DNA of 64,000 nucleotides from Nageia nagi (GCA_050084985.1 JBITNC010000001.1:193378001-193442000); one strand, 5' to 3'; positions 26,330-39,799 are shown, counted from the stretch's first letter. Translations and numbers: made by a program. The notes: generated from the letters alone by a model not told the origin.

Positions 26330-26780
26330 AATCTGCCCCTCCCAAATTGCTTGTCCTCAAGCAATTCGGAAAATCCATAAATGTAGCCAAGTCCTCTTGA
26401 TCCTCTTCTTCTTAATTATGGCTGATCCAAGAATAAAAAAACTCTAGCTTCCTCTTTGATCCAAGCATATTACCAGTGGTGTACAAATCATGGTCTTGTG
26501 TAGCCACCAAACATTGACCCTATCCGGTTTCAATACCCTTGATGATGATTCTTTGTCCTTTGAGAAAGAAGCTCACCTCTTGTTGTTGGAAATTTGTCTA
26601 AATGTCATCTAAAGGATACATCCACTATACTCCAAGCATTACTTGTTGCAAGCCATCTTGAGGGAAGACATAAAATTTGTCCTCAAGGATATAGTTTCGC
26701 ATTGTGATGCTTAGCCTTACTGTTCTATCGCACAATGTGTATTGCCCATTAGCATTGGTGACATAAAATGCATCCACCAT
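26330..26780 (-). pseudogene. Gypsy aspartic protease C-terminal fragment running directly into the PPT (no RT, RNase H or integrase)
   Basis: FYVTNANGQYTLCDRTVRLSITMRNYILEDKFYVFP...VMLGV*W is a retroviral-type protease tail, ~300 bp from the PPT. Confidence 0.7.
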
Positions 26781-27164
26781 TTGCATCCATTGTATATCAT
26801 TCATATAGCTAGAGGGCACTTGTATCTCATTATTGTGTTGTGCGTTTCGTACTTGTGTGTGTGTTGGATCTTGTTGTTTGTATGTACTTGTATTCATTAG
26901 TCGGTGGCACATTAATGTAATAGGGTTTGGATTAAGCATGTATGAGCCAGACATTGGCAATTTGGTATTGTATTCATTGATGTATGCTTGCATATGCTAG
27001 ACATTGGCATTTTGGGTATCTGAATATTTAATGTTAATGCCCTAACCCTAACGTTGCATGCTTGAGAGTTTGTTGTCTTGTATGCGATGCCCTAGACTTG
27101 ATGTTAGGGCTTGATGATCCTGTATAGCTAGTGAAAAAGGAAATTTGATTTTTGGATCATCACA
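26781..27164 (+). mobile_element. 3' fragment of a TGTGA/ATCACA-family LTR in + orientation
   Basis: Ends TTTTTGGATCATCACA at 27164 and is similar to the reverse complement of 27500-27890. Confidence 0.75.
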
Positions 27165-27497
27165 AGTCATCACCCTAGTCATGTCGTGAATAGCTGAATG
27201 GAGCTCATCAAACTTTTCTTTGGGAGTCGATCCTCGAATTGGAGTAGAGCTCCTCCTCCTGGAAGCCCTCTTCCTATCACCCTGCTCCTCCTGCTCCTCT
27301 CCCTCATTATTGGAATTTCTCTCCTCCTGTGTTCCATTCATCAATGGCCGTCTCTCATCTTGGATGGCTCTCTCTGCTGTCTCCTTAGATCTTCCGCTCT
27401 TCCTAGCGAACGCCATCTCTCTCTTGCTGGATCTGGTATAGTAGCGGTGGATTCTGGGTCTCATGCACAGGCTGGCCAGATTCAGGCTTTGATACCA
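27165..27497 (-). mobile_element. tRNA-iMet PBS (27485-27497) and start of a gag-like ORF
   Basis: Minus-strand TGGTATCAAAGCC lies 2 nt from the LTR end and is followed by the open frame HRYYTRSSKREMAFARK... Confidence 0.75.
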
Positions 27498-27499
27498 CT

Positions 27500-28737
27500 T
27501 GTGATGATCCAAAAATTAATCTCAACCACAATCTAGCAATTCTGGACCATTAAGCCCCAACGTCAGGTCTAGGGCATCACATACAAGTCAATAAATCCCC
27601 AAGCATGCAACGTTAGGGTTAGCACATCAAGATTACACATTAAAATACCCAAAATGCCAACGTCTAGCATATGCAAGCATACATCAATGAATACAATCTC
27701 AAAATGCCAACGTTTGGGTCATACGTATATAATCCAAACCCTAATATTAAAGTGCCATTGAATGATAAATACAAGTACATACAATCAATGAGATCCAATG
27801 CATGCACAAGTATGAGACAATACAACACAATAATGAGATCTGAATCCCTTTGGTTGTATATAAAAGATATACAATGGATGCAATACAATACCAAGCCCAA
27901 TGGGCAATCGTTGGTCTCCAAGGAGCCAACTAGGGCACAACAATCCGATATCTCCAATGCTGGACAACTATGGAACCATGAGATAGATTCACCCCCTCAA
28001 ACCTCGAATCCTCTCCACTGAAGGAGCCCTCCTCGAACTTTGGCTGACTTACTAAACGATAGAAGTAAACCCTCGAAATGCCACCAGATGGGCAAAGGTG
28101 CTCCTCCAATGCCGTAGATAATCAGGATCCCAACGCTTGACTACCCTCTAGATGCTCCGCCTAGGAATGGAATGCTTAGCACCACTAGGACTTTGTGTCT
28201 GAAGGATTGTAGTAGAAGTAATGATCAATAATGGTTGCCCAGTAATGAAGCTTCAATGTCTATTTATACTTTACTTGTGTCTAGATCTCACCTAAGAGTC
28301 ATCCTAGGCCCATCTAATCCAACGTTGGGTATTTGAGGGAGCCCAATCACTTAAAGTGCCAATGTGGGGGTCATGATCACTCATAATGCCAATGTGGGGG
28401 TCATGATCACTAATAATGCCAACGTGGGGTCCCTAGCACTTAAACTGCCAATGTGAAGGTATTGGTCCCTCCCCAGTGTGGCGCTAGCATGCTGGTGGCC
28501 GTACATCATCCTAATATATAAATGTACCTTGGGATTCCCACAATCTGGGATCTCCAATGCAATACATGCCTAATCTACTACTTATGAGGGAGACGTCTCA
28601 CTTGGGGATCACAGTGGGGTCCATTTGACCCATTAAGTCTCCTATCCTAAGTTACACAATGCAAGTGCACTTACATCAAATAAGTATAGTACAAAATGAC
28701 CAACCGGTCCCACTAAAAGTACAAGGGGGATGTGACA
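27500..28737 (-). mobile_element. 5' LTR (1238 bp), TGTGA/ATCACA family
   Basis: The plus strand reads TGTGATGATCC...GGGGGATGTGACA. Adjacent PBS; similar to 40478-41689. Confidence 0.85.
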
Positions 28738-29472
28738 GATGCAAACATGGACAAGAATACAAGGTAAAATGGAGATTGAATTGCCCAATGGCTATATATA
28801 AGATATGAATGTAGCAACAATACAATACCAAGCCCAATAGGGCTAACGTTGGCCTCAAAGAGCCAACTAGGGCACAATGTGTATCCTCAAATTGGATGGA
28901 TGGATGGAACAATCTTGCTCCCTTAGAACTCGAATCCTCTCCGCTGAAGGAGCCCTCCTCTGATCTTGGAAACCACTGAAGGTAGAAGCGCAACCTCGGA
29001 ATGCCACCAGATGGGCAAGGGTGCTACACCAATGCCGTAGACTAACAGGATCCCTCAGCCTGCTAATCCTCCTAGATGCTGCACCTAGGGATTTTCTTAG
29101 CGTTGCACTAAGACTCTTGTCTATAGGACGGTATCAAAGATAATAATAATATTTTGTATATCCAACTATGAGGCTCCAACTTCTTATATAACACTTTAAT
29201 GGATTTAGATCTCACCTAGTAGTCATTAACTAGCTCCTCTAATCCGTCGTTAGCCTCATGGGGGCCAAGAATGTCCAACGTGGGGGCCTAAGGGTCAGGC
29301 ATGCCCAACATGGGTATCTGGGAGCCATAAATGCCAACTTGGGGATCTGGAGTGCCATGCATGCCTAACGTGTGTCTAGGTGTCATGCATGGGGGCTAGG
29401 TGTCATCATGGGCCAATATGGGGGTCTAGGAGTCTCCCCAAGGCTGGCGCATGTATACAAGTGCTCATCCAT

Positions 29473-30295
29473 TGATCCATAAACTATAAGATTAAAATTT
29501 CAATTTAACCTTAGGATCAATTCACACTTAAAACAATTAAGTGCTTGTAAAGGAAAATTAGGAACCAATTTTGTAAACACAGAGAAGAGAAAAGCATTCA
29601 CCATAGAAAGAGACAAGCAAAATTATCCTGGTTCACCCGGTGTGGGCTATGTCCAGCTCAAAAGCTCTCTACTATCAGGGTGGAATCACTTTACAAGGCC
29701 TCCACGATCCTTCAAAACCTCCTCTCACATTCACAACACACTCACAACTCTGAAAATCACAACAAGAACTGAAAACAACTTTCCTGAAATCCTCTCTCTC
29801 CCCTTCTCCAATTTGCTCCCCTTTTTATACAATTTTGGGGGCTAAAATTGGAGAGTATTACAACTAGGAAATTTAATACAAAACCTAATTTCAGATACCC
29901 ATTATCCTCCTTGATCTTCATGTCAAATTTGGCCTCAAATGGTTGTAACAATTTCCCCAAAATGAACTCTAAAATCAAAATAATACGCTCACTGGATTGT
30001 TTCAGGCTTACAGAATTAAATCAGCCTAATAATAGGACCTTAGGCGAGATAAAATCACTAAAACCTTTGAAAACACTAAAAATACATCAAAAAAACTAAA
30101 ATTGGGCGGGTGCATTGTGGTGACGACACGTGGCAGGCTTAGAGGAAGTCAACCTCCTGTTGACTAGCGGTTGGCGGTCTTCGTGGGCAGTTTGGCTGGC
30201 GTGGGCGGCTTGGTGGCAAGCGGACGGTTAAGGCTGGCGGTCTCACATTCACCTGCCTCATCCTCCACGTAGGCGGGTCCCGCCAGAACATTTGA

Positions 30296-30343
<48 letters not shown>

Positions 30344-30519
30344 TTTAATCCTTTTTAATTTTTCTCAAAATACACAATCGGAATTAATATCATATCTTCC
30401 ACATACGGACTCGGATTCACGATCCGAAAGAAGCGTTGGAAAGCTGAAGACAAGGCGATCACAATGAACACACTGAAATGGAGATTACTGAATGTCGAAG
30501 GGATCCAAATTTTGGATCA
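29473..30519. mobile_element. Solo LTR (1047 bp) of an unrelated family
   Basis: TGATCCA...TGGATCA inverted termini and a perfect TCCAT TSD. Contains a GC-rich patch and a (TA)n tract. Confidence 0.88.
30298..30334. repeat. (TA)n microsatellite followed by poly-T
   Basis: Direct reading of the sequence. Confidence 0.95.
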
Positions 30520-32076
30520 TCCATCCAAGTGCTAAATAGACCTTGAGATTCCCACAATCATGATCGGGATCTCCAAGTACATTAAAAACCTAATCTATGC
30601 TTGGGACGGAGACGTCCCACTTGGGGCTCACAATGGAGTCCAATGACCTATTAAGTCTGCTATCTTAAGTATTAACTTAAAACACAATTAAGTAATAAAA
30701 TATAATACAAAGGGGAATTCATAGAATTCCATAATTAATTACGAAGATACAAGGGGGACATCACAAGGAAAGCTTGCTCTTTGCTCATTCCGGAAGATGC
30801 CATGGGAATGCCCTAATGCCAACAACTTGACAAGATCCCTATGTCTGGATTATGGCTTCAAAATTTCCAAATTGTGGCTTCAGTATGCCGATGTCAGCCC
30901 TTTAGTGATGAAGAATTGGTACCAAGGCTTCCTTAAACCCTGTGACCCCCTCAAACTCGAAATTGGACTCTCCAACAGCCCAACAAAGTGTCCTCAAAGC
31001 CCAAACTTCCTCTAGGATGCTCAACGAATTCTCTGGGAATGTCCAAACCATCCTCAAGCTTCTCCTGTTGCTCAATGTCTGGCTTCCTATTCCTAAGTTT
31101 GAATTTTGGATCTCAAGTTTGGTGTGCGCCTCGCCTTGTCCAACGTTTTGCTTTATAGGCCTCAGGAATAATTTGAATTTTTCTTTTTATCTTTGCTTTA
31201 TCCTTTCCCTCCAAAATTCAAATTTTGAGCATAATAGAATATGAAATCCAAAAATAACACCTTATCACTCCTGTTTTTAATTTGCTTGCCAAATTAAAAT
31301 AAATAAAATTCCTTATAACTCCTAAAATAATCTTATTTTGCTAAAATAAAATTAAAATATTTTTTTGTATTTTTTTTCTCAGGTATTTATCTCTCTTTTT
31401 TTATATAATTTTCCTAAAATCCAAATAAAATGTTTGTCTTTTTCTCCTACTTAAAAATAATTAATAAAAGTCTGAAAATTACTTACACCTGGATTTTAAT
31501 TCCTTCCATGGTGGATGAATTAATCCTTACACCAAATCTCTCAAGCCTGTGAGTTATGGGCCCAAAACAAACTCTGATAAAATCTTTTCTGAGCTCAAGT
31601 TTCACACACAATGCCGGAATTGATGCAGACAGCTTCAACCTTCAGTAATTAAGCCAAAATCTCAGATGTCTAGCCTCAAATGGAAGAATTTTTGTAGACT
31701 CGCAGCAAAAAAAGGGAAAAATGGATAAAGCAAAGATGATTGTAATATTCTTTAGGTTTTCAAATGCTCCTAGTAGTGATTTATTAGATCTCTAATATGG
31801 ATATATGCACATAACCTATATGGATGGCTTGATGTAATGTTTATGTTTTTGCTGGGACAAAGAAAAACGAGTTGGGAAATTTCTCTTGTATAAGTTTTAT
31901 AACTGAAGCGATAGTAATTACTAATTTATGCTGTTTTTGTTAATAATGAGCTCAAGCTATTGATGGGTTTACTTAAATAGTTTGTTCTTTCAAAATGTGG
32001 GCACTTTTGCTTTCTTATGATGATGAAAGCATGTATCTGATCTAATTTACTTCTTTGACTAACGTTTTAATTTCAG

Positions 32077-32127
32077 GATGAGAGACATGTCATTCAAGCT
32101 CTTGATTTATTATATAGAAGGGTTGAG
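32077..32127 (+). CDS. PAC: PALE CRESS-like chloroplast protein, internal exon (51 nt, phase 0/0): DERHVIQALDLLYRRVE
   Basis: Acceptor tttcag and donor gtagtt. The peptide matches Arabidopsis PAC DEKDAIRSLDLLYRRVE as recalled, and joins in frame to the next exon. Confidence 0.88.
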
Positions 32128-33220
32128 GTAGTTATCGATCTGAATACCATCATAGTTGAAATGTTTTTTTTTCCATTTGCAATACATGCAACATTTGCTG
32201 TTGCGCATCTTCTCTTTGGTGGAAATAACAGGAGTATAGTTCTATGTTTTTCTCTCAATTGAGCAATATGCAATTTTTAACAAGTTGAGTGTTTGCAGCA
32301 AATCGTCTCCAAACCAACCCCAACAAATGACGGAAGCATCCAAATATACATCAAACCTAAAACCAAAATTACATGCAAAACCCTCTTTGACCCCAGCGGG
32401 CAATGGAGTAGTCATGCAAATACTCTTTTTAAACTATGATTTAAAACTCCAAGCCTTAAATCAGTAGCCACTGAAAAATCTTATTCTTAGCCATCATTCA
32501 TACATTCTGCAGCTATGGGTTTATGTTGCAAAAAGAAAACACTTACATGGAGAGATTTAAATCCACATCTTCCAGCCATGAAAAGACAATTAAACCATCA
32601 ATAAACACCCCAACATGAAATAGAACTACCTAAAACAAACATGGAAAACTTAACATCTACAACCAACATACCAGGGGATTCCATTGTACTGAACAAATTT
32701 CCTTGTTTACATTCTAGGCCTCCTTTAGCTCCAATGGGAATGATGAAGCCACAGAAAACTACTCCTACAGATGCATTCTTTTGTCCCTAACTCACTAAAT
32801 CAATAAACCTCAATTCCCTCTCATGCTTATGCTTTTAGATATCTCGTTTTCATGCATCCATAATCACTTTTATATCCCTGTGCCCATGTTTCCATCATTA
32901 TACCTTTCTGCATGTGATACTCCAGTTTACATACTTTATGATATACATTGTAACACATAAATGTCACATAATGCTAAACTAATATCAAACCCTCGTCACA
33001 CGCTTTAACACACTACGAATGGTATGACTCAGCCCAACAGCTTCCTTGAAACAATCATGTGTGTAGTCATTGAGTTAATCTGCTTGTACTGTTATCTACT
33101 TTCTTTCTTGTGTGTGCCTTTAGAAGTGATAACCTTTGTATTCTCTACTCCTGTTGCTTTTCCATTCATCTCTCTCTCTCTCTCTCTCTGAAAATTTGTC
33201 ACCTAAGATCTCTTGTGACT

Positions 33221-33540
33221 ATACATGGTATTGTTATATTATGCTTCATTGTGGAATCTTCCTTGAGCCAAAATGTTGACTCAGTGTCTGTCTCACTGTT
33301 TACTGAATCACATGGATAACTAGCCCCTACAATTATAAGGGGCAATAGAGAATGGTGTCCAGTATCAGGTTCTGCTCTATACATGGTATTGTTATATAAT
33401 GCTTGATTGTGGAATCTTCCTTGAGTCAACGTGTTGACTCTGGTGACTGTGTCACTGTCCGCTGAATCATGTGTATATCTAGGCACTGCAATCATAAGGT
33501 ATAACAAAGAATGGTGTCCAAAATAAGCTTCTGCACTATC
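33221..33540. repeat. Two-copy tandem duplication (~158-bp unit)
   Basis: ATACATGGTATTGTTATA...GTGGAATCTTCCTTGAG at 33221 and 33379; GAATGGTGTCCA at ~33350 and ~33509. Confidence 0.8.
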
Positions 33541-34937
33541 ACTCTACAACATATATGTTGAGGCTATTATTTATTACTGTACTGTGGGATGAGCTTATGT
33601 CTACACAACCACAGTGCTCACCTTCAAACTGCAGGCACATTTATTCCATGTTCCGAGTCATTTGTGTGTGGAACTCTTGTATCATTCTTTCTATACCTTT
33701 CTTTACCTTTATCCTTCCTGATCTTTTTGTCTGCTCTTCATCTACTGTGTGCAGGTACGAACTCACCTTCTCCTCGATTGGGAATTTTCATCAGTTAGCC
33801 ATTAATTCTCCTTATCATCATTTGGTGTTCGTATATGCTGATAGAAAACTTCAACCACCATTCAATCTTTGATGTGTGACGAAGGCGATCAGATCAGATT
33901 ACTGAACAACCTTCTAGAGCCAAGTGTTGCTGAGTGATCAGTTCAGAACATTTACATGCTTCAATCCTCACAATTGCTATTATTCTCCATCCTTCTTAGC
34001 TCCAGGAAGTTCCGCCATCACTTACTTAGGTGCACATTTATGTTAATTGTTTTCATGAATATCTCTTAGCACAAACTCCATGCCTGCATCTTGTTCCTCA
34101 TATGTAGCATGCTGCTTCACCTCCTTTGTTGTGGATAGTCGCATACTTCCATGCATGCCCTAGCGTAACCTTCTGTGGGAGCTTCAGACAATTCAAAACC
34201 AAAATACTGAAGTGTAGGAATAAAAAAAAAATATGCAACATTAAAGTTATCAAACATTCAAACCACATTTAACATTCAAGATATCTTGTACATGCAACAC
34301 ACTTCTCTTTGAAGTTATGCCAGTGTCAAAGTAGCAGCATCAACTTACAATAAGTTTGTTGCATGCTTTATCATTTTAGCCCTTCTCATAGCAACAATAT
34401 TAGCTTTGAGCACAAAATGTATACATCCCTAATACATGTACTACGTGGACATGTTCCTACACACTCAATATACAATCTCCAATTCACCAAATGACTCCTC
34501 CATCATTGAAGTACATGTCTCTCACTCTTCCACATCAGTGAGCTTTGATTGTCACTGTAAACGATTGTAGGTTCATCTTATACAAACTTTAATTCTTGCA
34601 ATGTTCTTGTTAGTGAAATGGTTTCTTATTCTGTAGAGAAACACTTTATATATTCTGCTTTTGTTGTATAAAAAGTTGGAGTGTGTTGCTTTTTGCTGCA
34701 CCAAGAGAGTTCCTGAACCAAATGAGAAGACGCACACTAGTGGATTTTTTGTCACAGTATATACAATATAAAGAACAATATATTAAAATTATATACACTT
34801 TAGTATGCACATGGAATGAAAATAGATTAATGGAAGTATGCAAGATTAGACATAGCCAACTAGGATATTGCATAAATTGGGATAGAGGTTGAAATGCTGG
34901 TCTAGTAGAGTGGCTTGGGGTGGTTGAACTTGGAAGG

Positions 34938-36156
34938 TGTGACGTCCCCTTTGTCCTCTAGTCATTAATTGTATGATCCGGAAGGATCTATTTGTAATAT
35001 ACTTTTCTTATGTATTGCTCTTTATGTTGTAACTTAGGATAGGAGACTTAATGGGTCAATGGACCCCACTGTGAGCCTCAAGTGGGATGTCTTCCTCCTA
35101 AGGATAGATTAGGAGTATTTATCATGCTTGGAGATCCCGATAATGATTGTGGGAATCCCAAGATATATGTGGGTGTTAGATAATCACTTGTATAGATGCG
35201 CTAGGCTTAGGGAGGACCCCACACCCCCATGTTGGCCCAATTATGCTCCTAGACCCCACGTTTGCCCTCTTTCACCTGATGGGCATGCGTGGCACCCCAT
35301 GACCCATCTGTTGGCATTTAACACTCCCTGGGACCCCACATTGGCTTGTCTTGCCATTAGACACCCATGTTGGGCATTTTGGGCCCCTAGAAAGCCAACG
35401 TTGGAATAGGAGCTGGATGGTGATTCGACCCTGACAGGATAATGTATAAATAGACACAATGGCTCATTATTGGACACACTTGATCATTATTACATCTATT
35501 CTTCTTCTTCGTCTGGTGGACAAGACATTAGCGGAGCGCTAATCGTATTCCTTAGGTGGAGCATCTAAGAGGGTAGCTAGGCATTGGGATCTTGACTATC
35601 TACAACATTGGTGGAGCACCATTGCTCATTCGATGGTATTCGAGGATTTATTCCTACCGTTCATGCGGTTGGCCAGAGATCGAGTGCTCCTTCAGTGGAG
35701 AAGAATTGATATATGAGGGAATAGGTCTATTCTATGGTTCCGTGGTGGATTGCAGATTGTCTTCATTGTGTTCAATTTGGCTCTTGAGAAGCCCATGATT
35801 GCCTTGGAGGGTTTGTATGATTTTGTACTACTTCATGTTGACATTATATAAGTCGAGGGTTCCTGGATCTCACATTGTGTTGTATTGACTTGTCTTATAC
35901 ATGCATTGGGGTATTTGTGGATATTCATGCTTGTGCTTATCATGCAATAGTATTGTAATATTTGATTGATTGAATAGTGCATGCTTAAGCTAGACGTTGG
36001 CATCCTGGCATTGCTATTGTGTAATACTAATGTTCTTACCCTAACATTGCACTCTTGAGGTTTTGGTTGTGTATTGTGGATGCCCTAGGCCCAACGTCAA
36101 GGTTTGGGGGTTGCAATTGCGTGTTTTTGAGTGGAGGTCCATTTTGGATCATCATA
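34938..36156 (+). mobile_element. Solo LTR (1219 bp), TGTGA/ATCACA family
   Basis: TGTGACGTCCCC...GGATCATCATA with a perfect GAAGG TSD. Confidence 0.92.
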
Positions 36157-36169
36157 GAAGGAAAGATAC

Positions 36170-36990
36170 CATGGTTGCACCTCAACAAAAAGATACATTT
36201 TTAACTTTCTGAAATCATGCGATGACCCATCTTTTAGAAATGGTGCGACCACTTCCAGACTTAGAAATTTTTACCTTGGTTGCACCAAAAAGAAAAGATA
36301 CATTTCTAACTTTGCAAAATGATGTGACCAACTATCTTTAGAAATTGTGCAACCACCACCAGACTTGGAATTTTTTTCCTTGGTTGCACCAAAAAGAAAA
36401 GATACATTTCTAACTTTCCAAAGCGGTGCGACCACCTATCTTTTTGAAATAGTGCTACCACCTCTAGACTTTGAAATTTTTACCTTAGTCGCACCAAAAA
36501 GAAAAGATACATTTCTAACTTTTCAAAACGATGCGACCACCTATCTTTTTGAAATGGTGCGACCACCTCCAATCTTGGAAATTTTTACCTTGGTTGCACC
36601 AAAAAGAAAAGATACATTTCTAACTTTTCAAAACGGTGCAACCACCTATCTTTTTGAAATGGTGTGACCACCTCTAGACTTGGAAATTTTTACTCTGGTC
36701 GCACCAAAAAGAAAAGATACATTTCTAACTTTTCAAAATGGTACGACCACCTATCTTTTTGAAATGGTGTGGCCACCTCCAGACTTAGAAATTTTTACCC
36801 TTGTCGCACCAAAAAGAAAAGATACATTTTTATCTATTTGAAATGGTGCGACCACCTATCTTTTTGAAATGGTGCGACCACCTATCTTTTTGAAATGGTT
36901 CGACTACCTATCTTTTTAAAATGGTGTGAGCACCTATCTTTTTGAAATGGTGTGATCACCTATATTTGAAATGGTGCAACCACCTCCAAA
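36170..36990. repeat. Tandem array of ~7 x 105-bp units followed by ~27-bp subunits
   Basis: The GCACC(A)AAAAGAAAAGATACATTT anchor occurs at 36177, 36282, 36386, 36491, 36596, 36701 and 36806. GAAATGGTGCGACCACCTATCTTTTT then repeats. Confidence 0.95.
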
Positions 36991-37399
36991 CATGAGATTT
37001 TTCAAGTGAAAATGACCCTGACTATATTTTGTTGCTTGTTTTTTTAGAAGTATCATCTTTTCTTGCCCTTTTCATCTGGTTGCATTTGTTGCAAATTTTT
37101 ACCTTGGTTGCACCAAAAAGAAAAGATATGTTTCTAACTTTTCAAAACAGTGTGGACACATCCAGACTTAGAATTTTTTTGGTGTGGAAAGACAATGTTC
37201 CAGAAAACGTTGCATGAAGCACCTAGATGAGGTGATGGTCATGATTTTGAAACTGAGCTAAAACAATTTAAGTATGCAGAATATCCACTCTGCCATAGTC
37301 AAACTTTGGATCTTAGGCACCCTCTCTAAAACATGTGCAGATACATTTGGACCTTCTTAAGGATTGAAAATTTCCAACTTTGCTCCCAATGGTCTTCTT

Positions 37400-37459
37400 T
37401 GGCTGAAAGTGGGCCCTCAAAATTGTGAAAATTTTTGGGTGTGTTCTGTGGGCACAATA
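37400..37459 (-). mobile_element. 5' terminus related to the giant-LTR family A
   Basis: The minus strand reads TATTGTGCCCACAGAACACACCCAAAAATTTTCACAATTTTGAGGGCCC, compared with TATTGTGCCTACACAACACCCCCCCAAAATTTTTCACATTTTGAGGATCC in copy 3. Confidence 0.75.
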
Positions 37460-38117
37460 GGCTCTGGGCCGTATTTGCAAACTATGCATTTCACAATCAC
37501 CATTACATTTATAAGCTCTTAATATTCACATCATCACTACACTTCAACATCAGCTATGATGTCATCATAAAGCATCAGCATCATCACTGCAAGGTAACAT
37601 TGGGATTTGAACCTTGGTGGGTGTAAACTGGTCAGCCAAGGTCCCATTGGCAAGGATAATCCTCTTATTTTAATTAAATAACATATTTTGTTAACTTAGA
37701 TGCAGTTCATAATAATATTAATTGGAAATTTGCTATAATTTACTTTGATTTGTTTTCTATGTTTTGAAATGCCAATTTCTTCCCAACTAATTGGTAGTAT
37801 ATACATGATATGATTTTTTTTCCTACGGGTAGCTGATAAATTTCTGGTCAAGATTTTTGTAATTATGCTAATGATCAATTGCTCCTATGTGCTAGATACT
37901 ATTTATCTGTTTATTTTCTGTTTCATACAATTTGGGGATCATTTTATTTCATTCCTAGTATTTGGGATAAATTTTCCACTTTGTTCCTTCGCTATCATTT
38001 ATTGTGGTTTATGGTAAGTCACTTATTTTGTCATTGTTCTTTGTTTTATCATTGTTGAAATTGGTCATCTTGTCTGTTTTCATAATTCTCTATGTTTCTG
38101 ATTGCTCTACTTTGCAG

Positions 38118-38297
38118 ACAGAAATGTTGAAAAGGAATTCTAGTCCAGCAATGCACTTATTGAACGAGCTCTTGAATTTAGATGATGGTATCGATAATGA
38201 CGAATGGTTACGACAATGTAGAACATGTATGTTGAGTATCTTTCCTCGAGAAGGTGCTTTAACCATAATTGCTCCTCAAGGCATGGACCTCTTTGAG
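38118..38297 (+). CDS. PAC: PALE CRESS-like chloroplast protein, internal exon (180 nt, phase 0/0): TEMLKRNSSPAMHLLNELLNLDDGIDNDEWLRQCRTCMLSIFPREGALTIIAPQGMDLFE
   Basis: Acceptor ttgcag, donor gtattt, no stops. Matches recalled PAC TEILKRQASPAMKLLNDLLNMHDGFEDDAWLKDCRKRMAETFPREDPFSILMPPGFDID. Confidence 0.9.
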
Positions 38298-39799
38298 GTA
38301 TTTACTTTCTCAATGATTTCTTACTGTTGTTGGGATGTTTGTTATTGTGTCGAAGATTGTAGATGTGTTTAGATTGCATTTGCTCACTCAAAAGGTGTAT
38401 TGATGTATTTTTTGCCCTTTAAGTTAGATATTTGTTTTAAAACCATAAATTTCTTTCAAACATCAGTCCTATGAAAAGATTAAAACTAATTGTTTGGCAT
38501 TACTGAAATACATTCTTACTCGATTGTTTCACATGGAGAAATTCCTTTTGTCACAATTGTAGTTTAAATAATTTTCTAGAATCTCCAATGATGCTTTTTT
38601 CTTTTTCAAGTTGCAAGAAAACAGCTGTCATTTATGCTTCATTTTTGTGATTAGTTTGATATTGTTATATGTCTTTTTGCCAACAATATGACATACGATC
38701 TCCTCTCATCATTTCTATACTTGTTCAAACAATAATGTTAAGCTAAAGATAGTACTTCCAAGGTTGTCTGCAAAGTCATCATAAATTTTCTGGTTTCTGG
38801 ACACTTAATCAGATAAGCTTAGTCAGATAAGCGCATTGAATAAATGGGATGGGGCCATGTCAATATTTTCACAACAAAAATACTGCAACGATGTATACTC
38901 ATTAGAAGTGATATTAAGGGCTTTCTATCTTTTTGTAGAATTGGTGTTTGTATAGAGGATATGATTAAGTACAACATGAGAAGAGCATCAGAATACCATC
39001 GTGAGAGAGTGTGATGTTACTCTTGCAATATTGGACAATGAGATGCTTGGGCAAATTTATGATGTTTCAGATCCAACTTGTCTTTGACTAATTGCAAAGA
39101 ACAATTAACAGCTTGACAACACATTGTTGTGATACAAAATGATAATAAATGGTCAATTGGACCATATGCAGTATATGTTCGCTCACAATGCTAATAGAAT
39201 AAGTACACTAAATTTTTAAAGATCTAACAAATGTCAAAACTGATGATGATTAACGATTTTCTTATGGTCTTTCAAACTCTCAAATTTAATGAAAACACTA
39301 TAATATATAGGATTTATTTGTATAGTTAAAATATAATACGGTTGACATAACAAAAGGGATGCCTTTATGTAACAGTCTTAACTGTATAACAAACGTTACA
39401 AGAGTAAAAACTTAAACACATCCTATATATTTATTAGAATAGAAAGTGCAGGTGTGGCGACTATGACAATTACTTGATACCCACCTGTGATGATCAAACG
39501 AGATATAACACCAAGTTTATCTCTCAACTTGATAAACTTGTCTGTTTCATAAGAATTCTGTAGTTTGTTTTTGTACAGTCTTACACCTAACTCAAATCTT
39601 CAGTCGCCTGGTTATCATGTCTATGGTCCTGGACCTAAGTGTTACAATTAATCCAGTCTTAGCCATGTTAGACCAAGCTCGAAATTTCCAAAAAATGATC
39701 AAGTCTGGAAACAAGAAATTGATTCTAGGTGAAATTAGGGAATCTAGGTCAAGTTCGAACTAGAGTAGGGTGAAGGGTAACCTCCAGCAAGCTTGGCGC

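Larger units (their letters stand above)
28738..30765 (-). mobile_element. Partial LTR of the same family, interrupted by the solo LTR at 29473-30519
   Basis: Family sequence runs 28738-29472, resumes at 30520 and ends GGGGGACATCACA at 30765. Confidence 0.8.

Noticed and set aside
33900-34570. Possible very old Copia RT/RNase H remnant on the minus strand
   Set aside because: Only a vague resemblance, with no intact motif to cite.
36170-36990. CRISPR-like appearance of the regular array, and its 106-aa repetitive ORF
   Set aside because: The units are fully repeated with no unique spacers, there are no cas genes and the context is eukaryotic. The ORF is a by-product of a 105-bp (35-codon) unit.
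38004-38372. 122-aa ORF as a standalone gene
   Set aside because: Only 38118-38297 is PAC-like and bounded by AG/GT; the rest is intron read-through.
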